This document shows positions 37,835 through 47,581 of a DNA stretch of 64,000 nt, piece by piece. Made by a program: the position numbers and the translations under genes. The notes beneath the pieces are model-generated. The model had not been told where the DNA came from. It saw only the letters and a program-made list of their open reading frames with translations, and made no database searches. The stretch comes from an uncultured virus (IMG/VR IMGVR_UViG_3300032288_004324) (lineage: Duplodnaviria > Heunggongvirae > Uroviricota > Caudoviricetes), in IMG/VR virus record IMGVR_UViG_3300032288_004324, one strand, 5' to 3'. Each line of letters begins with the position of its first letter. Within the stretch, counting starts at the first letter, position 1.

Positions 37835-40153
37835 ATGTCTTACACATCTACACAAAGATTTATAAAGCTAGGAAGCTATTTATTAATGGAGTATAATTAT
37901 ACTACGGCTCCTACTCCTGAAATTTATTACGTAAACACAGGAGTACCTGCTGTTGGATATGAAAAAATAACAAATGGATATTTTGACGGAGCTGTTCAAA
38001 TACTTAACAATCCATCATCAGAAGCAACAACAGGTAATGTTAGGGATCTTAGCGTTGTTCAGGTTGATAAAAATAGGTTCGTAACATTGGATAACGACTA
38101 TTTAGTACCATATCTAGATACGGATCCTAAGCTTACATCAGTCAATAATCTACCAGTAGTTTTTCCTTCTAATATCGGGGTTTATTATGACTCAGTAAAA
38201 TTCCACATAGTATCAGGATACAATTTTGATAATATAGATGGTATAATATTACAGGGACAGTACCAAGAAAGAACAGGAAAAAAAGCCACAATATTTCAAA
38301 GAATTGTAGAGAGAGGAGATGCAACAACAACAGTTCTTAATCCTAATCCTATCTATCTAGGAGGTGCTCTTTATGATCATTATGTAGAGATAAAGATCCC
38401 TGCATATGCTAATATGGTTTACGAATTTGATATATTAGCTAATACACCTGCACAAGCAAGTACTTTAGCTGCTAAAATATCCTCAGATGGTAACGGATTT
38501 CTAAGAGATGCTCCTATACAATTTACCCTATACGAAATAAACGATACGGTTCTTAAAAATGGATATGAGAATTATATAGCTCAGATAAGGAATCAGGTTT
38601 CTATATTTCCTAAAGACAATTTTTCTTCACTTGCTGCAGTTATACAAGAAAATTCATTCTATAACTATTTAGAATTCTATCCTACATGGGAGGGAAATTT
38701 CTTAGAGGATTTTTTAAATGCCGAAGGTAAGGTAGGAAACGTTTATTATGTAATAAATGAGATAGAGGTGAAAGAGCAGGTTGGATTAAATTATATAACT
38801 ACTTATAATTTTTCAAATACACAAACTCAGGATTTTAATGCTCCTAATATATTTAGGCCTATATTGATAAATCCTTTGACAACATCTTTTGTCGTTAATT
38901 ATACGATGAGATTGGTTAATAAGGGAAATCAAAATCAGATAATAAGAAGATCCTCGTTTAGCTCATTTGACGTAAATAAATATGGAAGGGAGAATAATGT
39001 AATATCACTAACTACTGGAGCTTATGCACAGAAGGTTTATAATAAAATAATACAGGCTCCTAATGTTATATCTGGAGGGGTTATGCCTAATCCGGCAGCT
39101 CCTATTGAAAAGAGAATACCAGTTTTTTATAAGGATAATAATATTTCGATAACTAAAGAAACATTAGTTATCGATAAAAATGGGAATCTAATTTCTGAAA
39201 CATCAGTACCTGATGCAACACAGATATTCGGACAAGGAAGGGCTAAGGTTGTTTTAGATCCTTTTGATAATTTTTATAAATTCACTGTGTATAATTACAA
39301 AGATGGTACTTCACCAGAGATACTAGATTTAGGAACATCCTTGACTTATTATATGGTTTTTCTAGATAATACTGGACAGAGCGTAAAGGTCGAAAATATA
39401 AAAAATAAAACCACAGTTTCTAACCCAACTTCAGGACAGATATCATTTAAAGTAGTTGAAAGTAATTCTAAAAAAATATTGGGTTTTACATCTAGGGATT
39501 TTTATATAGTATCAAAAACCCCTGATGGAGTAGAGACTAAAATGTATTCCGGATCGTGGGAAACACAATCAGAATTTACTATAAGAACATCTTCTGTAAG
39601 TAGCACTTCTATATCTCCTACTACGGGGGTAACTGGACCTACAGTAACAACAACAGAGATATCTTCTACTGGAACGACCGGAACAAATTCTAATATTAAT
39701 AAGGGAGATCAGATAATTTCTAAAGTTCCTATTACTAAAATAATTAAGAAGATAAAACCTTATTCACTAGGAAGCAGTTCAATTTTAAGTTTTAAACCAA
39801 CCTCTCTAATTAATGCTACTGGAGGAATAGCAAGTAATAAATCTACAGTTAAAACAGTACCTCTTCAAAGCAGTAATCAGGTAAATAATATAAATACAGA
39901 TTCTTTAGCAGATTCTATCTCAGGAAGGGAAGCACAAGGACTTGGTATAGAAAAGGTAATTAATTATTATTTTACACCTGGATCTCCTGGATCTAACTTA
40001 TTTAAGGGAATTACTGCTTCACAATTTTTAACTGCTGCTTTACAGATACATCCTAAACTTCCTAATGGATCGTTTGATAAGACTTATATTCAATATTGTA
40101 ACGCTTTAAAGTTTCCTATAACTGATAATCCAGGAGAGATTAAAAGAAAATAA
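37835..40153 (+). CDS. Hypothetical virion structural protein (772 aa)
   Basis: Long ORF behind the late-type motif; Thr/Ser/Gly-rich linker near the C-terminus. Confidence 0.5.
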   Translation: MSYTSTQRFIKLGSYLLMEYNYTTAPTPEIYYVNTGVPAVGYEKITNGYFDGAVQILNNPSSEATTGNVRDLSVVQVDKNRFVTLDNDYLVPYLDTDPKLTSVNNLPVVFPSNIGVYYDSVKFHIVSGYNFDNIDGIILQGQYQERTGKKATIFQRIVERGDATTTVLNPNPIYLGGALYDHYVEIKIPAYANMVYEFDILANTPAQASTLAAKISSDGNGFLRDAPIQFTLYEINDTVLKNGYENYIAQIRNQVSIFPKDNFSSLAAVIQENSFYNYLEFYPTWEGNFLEDFLNAEGKVGNVYYVINEIEVKEQVGLNYITTYNFSNTQTQDFNAPNIFRPILINPLTTSFVVNYTMRLVNKGNQNQIIRRSSFSSFDVNKYGRENNVISLTTGAYAQKVYNKIIQAPNVISGGVMPNPAAPIEKRIPVFYKDNNISITKETLVIDKNGNLISETSVPDATQIFGQGRAKVVLDPFDNFYKFTVYNYKDGTSPEILDLGTSLTYYMVFLDNTGQSVKVENIKNKTTVSNPTSGQISFKVVESNSKKILGFTSRDFYIVSKTPDGVETKMYSGSWETQSEFTIRTSSVSSTSISPTTGVTGPTVTTTEISSTGTTGTNSNINKGDQIISKVPITKIIKKIKPYSLGSSSILSFKPTSLINATGGIASNKSTVKTVPLQSSNQVNNINTDSLADSISGREAQGLGIEKVINYYFTPGSPGSNLFKGITASQFLTAALQIHPKLPNGSFDKTYIQYCNALKFPITDNPGEIKRK

Positions 40154-40162
40154 AAGATATAA

Positions 40163-40714
40163 ATGATATTAAATGCAAGGCAGAACGGATTTATATTTAC
40201 GTTCCCTAAAGGATTTATTCTACCTGAGGTAGTTCAAAAATATGAAAAGTATATCAATAGGATGCCTATACCTTATGATACGGTAGATACTTTTATAAAT
40301 TCGACAATACAGCAGGTAAATTTTCCAACTCTAAGAACTATAGATACAGTAGAGCAAATAAGACCAGGAGGGTTTAAACAAACATACAAAAGTGCTACTA
40401 CTCTTCAAAATTTAATACAAAGAGATTTTACTGTCACTTTTAAATTGGGTGAAGGCTTTATAAACTATTGGGTTCTTTATGAAAATATAATAAAATTTTT
40501 AGATTTTCAAAATCCGGAGGTATACCTTCCAGATTTTAGATTACTTCTTCTCGATAATGACGGTGTTGTTATGGCTAGTGTTCTTTTACAACAACCTGTA
40601 TATACTTCTCTTTCTGAAATTCAGCTAAATTATTCTAGCACAACCCCGCAGTTTACAACTTTTAGTATAGGGTTTAAATGTAATTATGTTAATGTCAAAC
40701 TTGAAATTGGATAG
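40163..40714 (+). CDS. Tail tube terminator/sheath stabiliser, T4 gp3-like (tube fold)
   Basis: NGFIFTFP...IQQVNFP...DFTVTFKL.E.FINYW..Y...DFRLLLLDN...TSLSEIQL...FSIGFKC follows the gp3 pattern; 183 aa. Confidence 0.55.
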   Translation: MILNARQNGFIFTFPKGFILPEVVQKYEKYINRMPIPYDTVDTFINSTIQQVNFPTLRTIDTVEQIRPGGFKQTYKSATTLQNLIQRDFTVTFKLGEGFINYWVLYENIIKFLDFQNPEVYLPDFRLLLLDNDGVVMASVLLQQPVYTSLSEIQLNYSSTTPQFTTFSIGFKCNYVNVKLEIG

Positions 40715-41387
40715 AATTATTGGTATAGACTTCTCTTTAAACTCCCCTGGTTTTTGCGTTCTTGAAAAAGATAAATGTAGATGGATCAGTTTACATCGTA
40801 CAAAAAATATTATAGATAAGATGTTAAAAAAGGAGGGATCTCCTTTTAAAATTTTAAATGATAATGTAAATTTTGATATAAACATTATCGAGAAAAAAGA
40901 ATTTAAAGGCGAATATCATATAATAGAAAGAGATAAAATAATTAACGCTGTCTATTTTACAGAAAAAGTTATGGATATATTAAATCCATATTTAGATAAT
41001 AATACAATAGTAGGAATGGAGGGACTATCATTTGGATCATCTGGTAATTCTTTAATAGATATTTCAATGAATACTTCTTTGGTTAGATCATCTATAATAA
41101 AAATAATAGATCCTAATAATTTTTTTGTATTATCTCCTACTACTATTAAAAAATATGCTTTGAAAGGTAATTCAAAGAAGGATGAATTATATAATGCTTT
41201 AATAGATAAAAAAATAGATGATGATAGAATTAAACCATTTTTGGAAGTTTTAAAAGAATATAAGGATTTATGGATTAAAGGTTCAAATAAGGTTGAAGGC
41301 CCTTGTTCTGATTTAGTTGATGCAACTTGGATATCCCTATTTGTAGAGGAAAATTTAGAGAAACTTTTATCTGGAAAGAAGATATAA
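40686..41387 (+). CDS. RuvC-like Holliday junction resolvase/endonuclease
   Basis: IIGIDFSLNSPG, VGMEGLSFGS, SPTTIKKYA.KGNSKKDE and DLVDA RNase-H-fold motifs; true start may be 40692 or TTG 40707. Confidence 0.75.
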   Translation: MLMSNLKLDRIIGIDFSLNSPGFCVLEKDKCRWISLHRTKNIIDKMLKKEGSPFKILNDNVNFDINIIEKKEFKGEYHIIERDKIINAVYFTEKVMDILNPYLDNNTIVGMEGLSFGSSGNSLIDISMNTSLVRSSIIKIIDPNNFFVLSPTTIKKYALKGNSKKDELYNALIDKKIDDDRIKPFLEVLKEYKDLWIKGSNKVEGPCSDLVDATWISLFVEENLEKLLSGKKI

Positions 41388-41388
41388 G
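41360..41388 (+). promoter_or_regulatory. Putative early/middle promoter GAAAC-N18-TATAAG
   Basis: Upstream of the SSB/primase/UvsY/UvsW operon. Confidence 0.55.
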
Positions 41389-41427
41389 TATTAAATAATA
41401 AGTAATAATTTAAATAATTTAAGAATC

Positions 41428-42402
41428 ATGGAAGAAAATTTTGACATTTTTAATCTTGACAATGAAGCATTTGTTAAACAGGAAATTAAAAAAGACGAGG
41501 ATGAGTTTATCTATAAACCTTATCCAGAATTAGGAAAAGATGGAGTTTATAAATCTTTAGTTAGATTTTTACCAAACATCACAAATCCAAAAAAATCTAA
41601 AATTCATCAGTACTACGTATGGTTAAAAGATCCAGTAGATGGTGCCAATCATAAAGCTATATGTCCTTCTACTGTAGGAAAAAAATCTATACTTAAGGAT
41701 CTTTTTTGGAAACTTAAAAATTCTCCTTCGGCTAAAGATCAAGAAATTTCTAAAGCTTTTTCTAGGAAAGAGGATTTTTACTCATTAATACAAGTCGTTA
41801 AGGACGCTAACAGACCAGACTTAGAAGGAAAAATTATGATATTTAAGTTTGGTAGAAAGGTTAACGATATGATCGAGCAACAAATTAAGCCAGAATTTGG
41901 TAACCCTTCAAATCCTTATGATTTATTCGAGGGGAAAAACTTCGGAATACAGGTAAGAAAGGTTGGTGAATGGAATAATTATGATCTTTGTCAATTCGTT
42001 GGAGATAAAATGCCAATAATGATTGAAGGAGAAGCGGTTGAAAAAACAGAAGCTGGAAGAGAGATTGTAACAAAATATCTAAAAACTGGTCCTTTAGATC
42101 TTGATAAATATGACTATAATGATTGGTCAGACGAAGAATCTGAAAAAATTATGAGAATTATCAGAAATACTATACCTGATGGAAGAATGGTTTCTGAGAT
42201 TATAGGAGCTAGCGCAGATTCTAAAGGATCTTCATCTTCATCTTCACCTGCATCTTCAGTTGACGATTTTTACGAACAGGCTAACTCAAGAACTTCAACA
42301 TCAAAAGGCGAAGAATCTGAGGAGGAAGATACTCCAGAACCTAAAAAATCAGCACCTAAAAAATCAGCACCTTCTTTGGATGATCTTTATAATGATCTAT
42401 AA
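41428..42402 (+). CDS. gp32: Single-stranded DNA-binding protein, T4 gp32-like
   Basis: VRFLP, IQVVKD...EGKIMIFKFGRKV, NPYDLFEGKNF..VRKVGEWNNYD; acidic tail ending SLDDLYNDL. Confidence 0.85.
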   Translation: MEENFDIFNLDNEAFVKQEIKKDEDEFIYKPYPELGKDGVYKSLVRFLPNITNPKKSKIHQYYVWLKDPVDGANHKAICPSTVGKKSILKDLFWKLKNSPSAKDQEISKAFSRKEDFYSLIQVVKDANRPDLEGKIMIFKFGRKVNDMIEQQIKPEFGNPSNPYDLFEGKNFGIQVRKVGEWNNYDLCQFVGDKMPIMIEGEAVEKTEAGREIVTKYLKTGPLDLDKYDYNDWSDEESEKIMRIIRNTIPDGRMVSEIIGASADSKGSSSSSSPASSVDDFYEQANSRTSTSKGEESEEEDTPEPKKSAPKKSAPSLDDLYNDL

Positions 42403-42419
42403 TATAACAATAGATTGTT

Positions 42420-43493
42420 ATGGAATCAAAGACTCTAAGTGGGCTATCAGTAGATAGAGTAAAAGGAATAGTTTCCTCTTCGCTACTTAAATTCTTTGGA
42501 AATGATCCTCAAAGATTAAAAATATATCAAGGGGGCAACAGACTTAACTTCTGTTGCCCTTATTGTGGAGATTCCAAAGACTCAAAAAAGAAAAGAGGAA
42601 ATCTATATCTTGATACATTAACATATAAATGTTATAACGGGGGATGCGGAGTTTTTAAAAACCTTAACCAATTTACTAGAGATTTTGAAATACAATCAAT
42701 GCTAACCTCCGACGAAATATCAGAGATAGCAGAAATATCAAGAAGCTCTACTATAAGAAAAAAAATAAGAAATTCATTAGATTATTTCTTTGCTGAAAAT
42801 TATAAGGATATACTTATAGATAGGGAAGAATTTAAGGAAAGACTAAATCTTGTAGAAATAAAAGGAACATACGGAGAAAAATGGATTCTTGAAAGAAACC
42901 ATATACCAGATTCTAAATTTCTTTGGGATCCTTCAAGAAGAAATTTATATCTATTAAATCTTTCTGGTGATGAATCTAAAATACTGGGGATTCAAATAAG
43001 ACCAGTAGCAAAGAAAAACGGAGGGAGTAAATATTATACTTACAAACTAAGCGGAATCTATAAAAATCTATTTAAGATAAATGATCCTGATTTAATACTA
43101 AAAGCTGAGGAAGTTGATCCTATATCTAGCGTATTTGGTTTTTCCACTGTGGATTTAGACTCTATGATAACTACGTTCGAAGGTCCTATGGATGCTTGGC
43201 TTTGTCCAAATTCTATAGCTCTTTGTTCTATAAATAATCCCTTTCCATTTGATGTAAGTAATAAAAGGTGGATGCTTGATGGGGATGATATAGGAAGACA
43301 GAAATCAAGGGAATTTTTAGAAAAGGGAGAGCAGGTTTTTCTTTGGGGTAGATTTATAAAAGAATGCGATTTACCTGAAAGGAATAAATGGGATTTAAAT
43401 GATGTTGTAAATTATGTAAGATCCACAGGTAAAAAAATAAAAAGATTGGATAGCTTTTTTTCTTCTGATAAATGGGATATTATAGATGTATGA
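42420..43493 (+). CDS. gp61: DNA primase, T4 gp61-like
   Basis: Zn ribbon NFCCPYCGDS..KKRG..Y...YKCYNGGCG; TOPRIM FEGPMDA, LDGD, KWDLND. Confidence 0.85.
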   Translation: MESKTLSGLSVDRVKGIVSSSLLKFFGNDPQRLKIYQGGNRLNFCCPYCGDSKDSKKKRGNLYLDTLTYKCYNGGCGVFKNLNQFTRDFEIQSMLTSDEISEIAEISRSSTIRKKIRNSLDYFFAENYKDILIDREEFKERLNLVEIKGTYGEKWILERNHIPDSKFLWDPSRRNLYLLNLSGDESKILGIQIRPVAKKNGGSKYYTYKLSGIYKNLFKINDPDLILKAEEVDPISSVFGFSTVDLDSMITTFEGPMDAWLCPNSIALCSINNPFPFDVSNKRWMLDGDDIGRQKSREFLEKGEQVFLWGRFIKECDLPERNKWDLNDVVNYVRSTGKKIKRLDSFFSSDKWDIIDV

Positions 43494-43669
43494 AAAAGAA
43501 TAACGGAAAAATAAAATTCCCAATAGAAATAAAGGGAGATTCGGAATTTCCCGAATTTGATGTCTCTGAAAATTTTTCTGTAAATGAAGTGAAGAAAAAA
43601 ATAAGCTCAGAGGTAAAAGAAATAAGTAAAACTAAAAAGAAAAAATGTCAGAGCAACAACCTAATGTAG
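43490..43669 (+). CDS. Small hypothetical protein
   Basis: ATGA overlap with the primase stop; fills the gap to the next gene. Confidence 0.4.
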   Translation: MKKNNGKIKFPIEIKGDSEFPEFDVSENFSVNEVKKKISSEVKEISKTKKKKCQSNNLM

Positions 43670-44112
43670 AGAAAAAAGATTTTGCAAGAGATTTCCAAAT
43701 AGATAGAGAGGAATGGACTGAGAAAATAAGAGCTCTTTCTATAAGAATGAAAAACATAAAAGAACTAGCAGATGTTCAAGTTGATTTGTATTCTAGTAGA
43801 CAAATCTTATTAGAAATGTATTCTAAGCTTGGTCAAGTTATGGTTAAACTTAATGGTAAGTATAGAAAAGATAGAGCAGAAAGATTGAGATATTATTCTG
43901 AATCTGTACAGATTAAATATGGTGCTAATGAAAAAACACCACTAATAGAAGGGGACTTATCTGAATTAAAAGAAAGAATGGATTTAGTCGATGGACAGAT
44001 ATCATTCTTTAACGAGACTATGAAAACCGTAGATCATATGCTTTATGGAGTAAAAAGTCGTATAGCACTAGAAGAATATTTAAGATCTGGTGCAGTGAAA
44101 AATAATTATTAG
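43645..44112 (+). CDS. uvsY: Recombination mediator UvsY-like
   Basis: 155-aa helical protein, LRYYS...LIEGDL..LKERMDLVDGQISFFNETMK...GVKSRI; directly upstream of UvsW. Confidence 0.6.
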   Translation: MSEQQPNVEKKDFARDFQIDREEWTEKIRALSIRMKNIKELADVQVDLYSSRQILLEMYSKLGQVMVKLNGKYRKDRAERLRYYSESVQIKYGANEKTPLIEGDLSELKERMDLVDGQISFFNETMKTVDHMLYGVKSRIALEEYLRSGAVKNNY

Positions 44113-44114
44113 TA

Positions 44115-45656
44115 ATGTTAACATTTAGGGTAAGTGAGGACAATAACTGGCTGAGTTTAATAGATTATTCCGAAGAATTTGAAAGAAAACAGATAGACAT
44201 ATCCTTAACTAAAAAAATACATAATCACTTCTTTCATCCCCTTGTTAAGAAAAAGCATTGGGACGGATCAATATGTTTTGTTGATAAAAAATTACCTGTA
44301 TGGAGAATACCTATTGGTCTATGGTCTGAGGTTTATCAGATTTGTGAAAAATATAAGATAGAGGTAAAAATAGAGGGATTACATAAATTAATAGATCAGG
44401 ATTTTACAATTGAGAGCTTTACTTCTTGGTGTAACAACTTCTTCAAGGATGGAGTAGGTGGAGATCCTTCGAAGATGCCACGTGATTATCAAATAGAAAC
44501 TGCTTGGAAGATAATAAAATTCAAACTTTCTGTATCTGAGGTAGCTACAAGTTCCGGTAAAACACTTATTGCTTTTATTGTTATGGCTTATCTTAAGGAA
44601 GTAATGAAAGTTAAGAAATTCTTAATGATAGTTCCTAATACAAATCTAGTTATACAGGGATCTGAAGATTTTGAAGAGTACGGATTAGAAAAACTTGAAG
44701 ATTGCGAGATACAACAGATACATGGTGCTAATAAGAAAAAGATATCAGGTGGACTAATGATAGGTACATATCAATCCCTTGTTAAAATGGATGCTGAATT
44801 TTTTGACGATGTTGAGGCTGTATTTGTGGATGAATGTCACCAAGCACAGAGTGCTTCTATTAAAAAAGTAGTTGCACTATGTAAAGATTCAAAATGGAGA
44901 TTTGGATTATCTGGTACTTTAGCAAATAAAAATACTGCGGAGTATCTAACTATACAACAGTTTCTTGGACCCCTTATAATGGAGATATCCCCTAAATTTT
45001 TATTTGATAACAAATACGCAACCCCTGTTTCAATCAAGATAGTAAAGATGGATTGGATGGATAGTGAGGTAAAAGAAAAATTATCATCTCTGAAAGAAAA
45101 TAAAACTGAGATGGAGGGTAATGAAATATTTAACCTCGAAAGAAAATTAGTTGTCGGATCAGAAAAAAGACTTAACTATATAATAGATTTTATACTTAAA
45201 ACTTCTAAAAATTCTCTTATACTTTTCCAATCTGTTGGAGAAGGATACGGGAAAAGAATATATGATGGAATAAGAGAAAAAAGCAACGACAGGGAGGTTT
45301 ATTATATAGACGGTGATACTGAGCCTGATAAAAGAGACATATTTACCAAAAGAATGGAGGAGGGTGTAAATAAAATAATGGTTGCTTCTTTTGGAACAAT
45401 GTCTACTGGTATTTCTGTAAAAAATATTCATAATATATTTCTAACGGAATCTTATAAATCTGAAGTTCTTATAAAACAAAGTTTAGGAAGGGGTATGAGA
45501 TTATTTGACGGAAAGGAGAAAGTTAACATAATAGACTTTGTAGACGATTTTGCTTGGGGAGGAAAAGAGAATTATTTATTAAAGCATTCCAAGGAAAGAA
45601 TAGAGATTTATAAAAAAGAACATTTCGATTATAAGATATACAATATCAAAATTTAG
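44115..45656 (+). CDS. uvsW: UvsW-like SF2 DNA helicase
   Basis: WDG.I, PRDYQ, ATSSGKT, DECH, RFGLSGT, STGISVKNIH, QSLGRGMR. Confidence 0.9.
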   Translation: MLTFRVSEDNNWLSLIDYSEEFERKQIDISLTKKIHNHFFHPLVKKKHWDGSICFVDKKLPVWRIPIGLWSEVYQICEKYKIEVKIEGLHKLIDQDFTIESFTSWCNNFFKDGVGGDPSKMPRDYQIETAWKIIKFKLSVSEVATSSGKTLIAFIVMAYLKEVMKVKKFLMIVPNTNLVIQGSEDFEEYGLEKLEDCEIQQIHGANKKKISGGLMIGTYQSLVKMDAEFFDDVEAVFVDECHQAQSASIKKVVALCKDSKWRFGLSGTLANKNTAEYLTIQQFLGPLIMEISPKFLFDNKYATPVSIKIVKMDWMDSEVKEKLSSLKENKTEMEGNEIFNLERKLVVGSEKRLNYIIDFILKTSKNSLILFQSVGEGYGKRIYDGIREKSNDREVYYIDGDTEPDKRDIFTKRMEEGVNKIMVASFGTMSTGISVKNIHNIFLTESYKSEVLIKQSLGRGMRLFDGKEKVNIIDFVDDFAWGGKENYLLKHSKERIEIYKKEHFDYKIYNIKI

Positions 45657-45663
45657 AAAGAAG

Positions 45664-45671
45664 GATATATA
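45664..45671 (+). promoter_or_regulatory. Putative late promoter GATATATA
   Basis: Intergenic, 21 nt before ATG 45693. Confidence 0.6.
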
Positions 45672-45692
45672 GAATAGAAATAAATAATCTTG

Positions 45693-46298
45693 ATGAATAG
45701 GATTAAAAACTTTAAAGAATTTTCGGTAATTAATGAATCCGAGGATGATCTTTTTTTTAGAAGACATCTAGGATCTAATTCTTCTACCTATGAAGATAGG
45801 TCTAAGAATCACTATGGATTGGGTGACAACCCAACTATCCTTGCTAAAACTAGAAATTTTTTCCAGAAGATGGAAGACAGAATAAACAGAGCTGCAGAGA
45901 TAGGTCAATCAAAAGTTAGACAAAATAGAGCTTCTAGAGTCCATGGAGGACCTGATACTGGGGTGGAGGTTCTTTTTGGAGCTCTTTCAGTTGTTCCTAA
46001 TGTTTTAAAAAGGGTATTTGCACCTACTAAATACGAGTTTAGTAAGAAAGCACCATCTGAAGATACAGTTGATATTAATTTTATGAGACACACAAATGAG
46101 GATTTTGCTAATAATGAACTTCCTAATATAAAAACGGAGGATCAATTAGCAGATCATATAGGTGATCTTTATAATAGAGGAGAAGTAAAAATGGGAGAAG
46201 TTCCTGTTTTAGATGATATTGCTAGAAATAGAGTTAATATGTATTATCAAAATCAAGCAAATCCCAATAGTCCTATACTACAACCAAATAATCAATAA
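45693..46298 (+). CDS. Hypothetical protein with an N-terminal capsid-targeting-like motif
   Basis: MNRIKNFKEFSVINES. Confidence 0.6.
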   Translation: MNRIKNFKEFSVINESEDDLFFRRHLGSNSSTYEDRSKNHYGLGDNPTILAKTRNFFQKMEDRINRAAEIGQSKVRQNRASRVHGGPDTGVEVLFGALSVVPNVLKRVFAPTKYEFSKKAPSEDTVDINFMRHTNEDFANNELPNIKTEDQLADHIGDLYNRGEVKMGEVPVLDDIARNRVNMYYQNQANPNSPILQPNNQ

Positions 46299-46301
46299 AA
46301 A

Positions 46302-47132
46302 ATGAAAAAATTCTCTTTAATAGTAGAAAAAAAGAAACAGGAATTAAAAGAAGCCCAAACAGTAAATGAAAGGAATCTTTATTTAGACTTTTCTAAAAAA
46401 TACCATAAAAAAATGGGTGTATCTGGACCCTTTGATAAGAAATTTCAAGGAGACAAGAAAGCTCAAGAAAAATATATGGAGGGTCTTTCTAAAGCTTGGG
46501 AAGAGCATAAGAAAAAAAATGGAATAAAACCAAAATCTAGCAGTTCTAAATTTGATTTTGCCAAGAAGAAAATGAACGAATCGAAGGCATTAGAAATGGC
46601 TAAAAGTATGGTGGGTGACGGCGGTGATCCTAATTATCATTTTGTTACTATGTGCGATGATTTTTACTTTGAAAAAGGTGAAGAAATGATAAGATATAGT
46701 AAGGATATGGCATCTTCTCCACTAAAAATTAAAACTACACCAGATCTAGGAGCTTATACTTTTGGACCTTTTGCTAATATAGAAGAATCAAAAATGTTTG
46801 CTGCAAGCTTAGAATTAGATGAAATAAATGGTCCTAGGATGATAACTATTGAGGATAGAAAAAATGGTGAGGTTTATTCTAAATTCCTAACATGTAAAAT
46901 GCAACCAGTTTGGAATGAGATTGAAGAGGAGGAGGAATACGATTCTGAAGAGGAGGATGAGGATGAGGAAGATCCTAACTCCGAGTATACATACGGCGAC
47001 GAGCAAGAAGATGGTGAGGATCATGATGATCACGAAGAAGATCAAGAAGGCGATGAATATACTGCTACTATTCACACCGAAGACGGGGAAGAGGTAGAAG
47101 ATGAAGTTGAAGATGAATACGATGAGGAATAA
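46302..47132 (+). CDS. Hypothetical protein, basic N-half and very acidic C-terminal tail
   Basis: Lys-rich N-terminus; ~70-residue Asp/Glu tail. Confidence 0.6.
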   Translation: MKKFSLIVEKKKQELKEAQTVNERNLYLDFSKKYHKKMGVSGPFDKKFQGDKKAQEKYMEGLSKAWEEHKKKNGIKPKSSSSKFDFAKKKMNESKALEMAKSMVGDGGDPNYHFVTMCDDFYFEKGEEMIRYSKDMASSPLKIKTTPDLGAYTFGPFANIEESKMFAASLELDEINGPRMITIEDRKNGEVYSKFLTCKMQPVWNEIEEEEEYDSEEEDEDEEDPNSEYTYGDEQEDGEDHDDHEEDQEGDEYTATIHTEDGEEVEDEVEDEYDEE

Positions 47133-47137
47133 TAAAA

Positions 47138-47581
47138 ATGATTGATCCTATTCAAAGTAATGCTCTTTATCCAGTTTTACAACATTATACTGGATGTAGG
47201 ATATCTTCGATATTCCCGGATGGAGATGTGTTAACATTTAAAACATTTATGGGGGATCTTGGTATAGTTAAAGAGGATATAGAAGGAAACTGGAAAATAA
47301 CGATAGGAGACGAGGAAATTTATAAGATAGAGGGAGATATATTTAATATATTAGTAAAGCCTAATAGTAAGTCGTCTCTTGAAGATTATATAGAAATTTT
47401 AAATGATCTATATAATAGAGATGATGTTAGCTATAGATCTAAAATTTTGATTTCTAACATACTTATATTTTTACAAGAATATATACTAAATTCAAGTTTT
47501 CTACCAAAGAAAAATATAAAGGTAGGAATATTTTCAGTTCTAAATCTTGGGGGTAAAAAATTCATTAACTGTTTAAACTAA
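47138..47581 (+). CDS. Hypothetical protein
   Basis: 147-aa ORF; stop overlaps the next ATG. Confidence 0.55.
   Translation: MIDPIQSNALYPVLQHYTGCRISSIFPDGDVLTFKTFMGDLGIVKEDIEGNWKITIGDEEIYKIEGDIFNILVKPNSKSSLEDYIEILNDLYNRDDVSYRSKILISNILIFLQEYILNSSFLPKKNIKVGIFSVLNLGGKKFINCLN

Noticed and set aside
42340..42372. 15-bp duplication cctaaaaaatcagca in the SSB gene
   Set aside because: Simple PKKSA duplication in a disordered linker; no evidence of a separate function.
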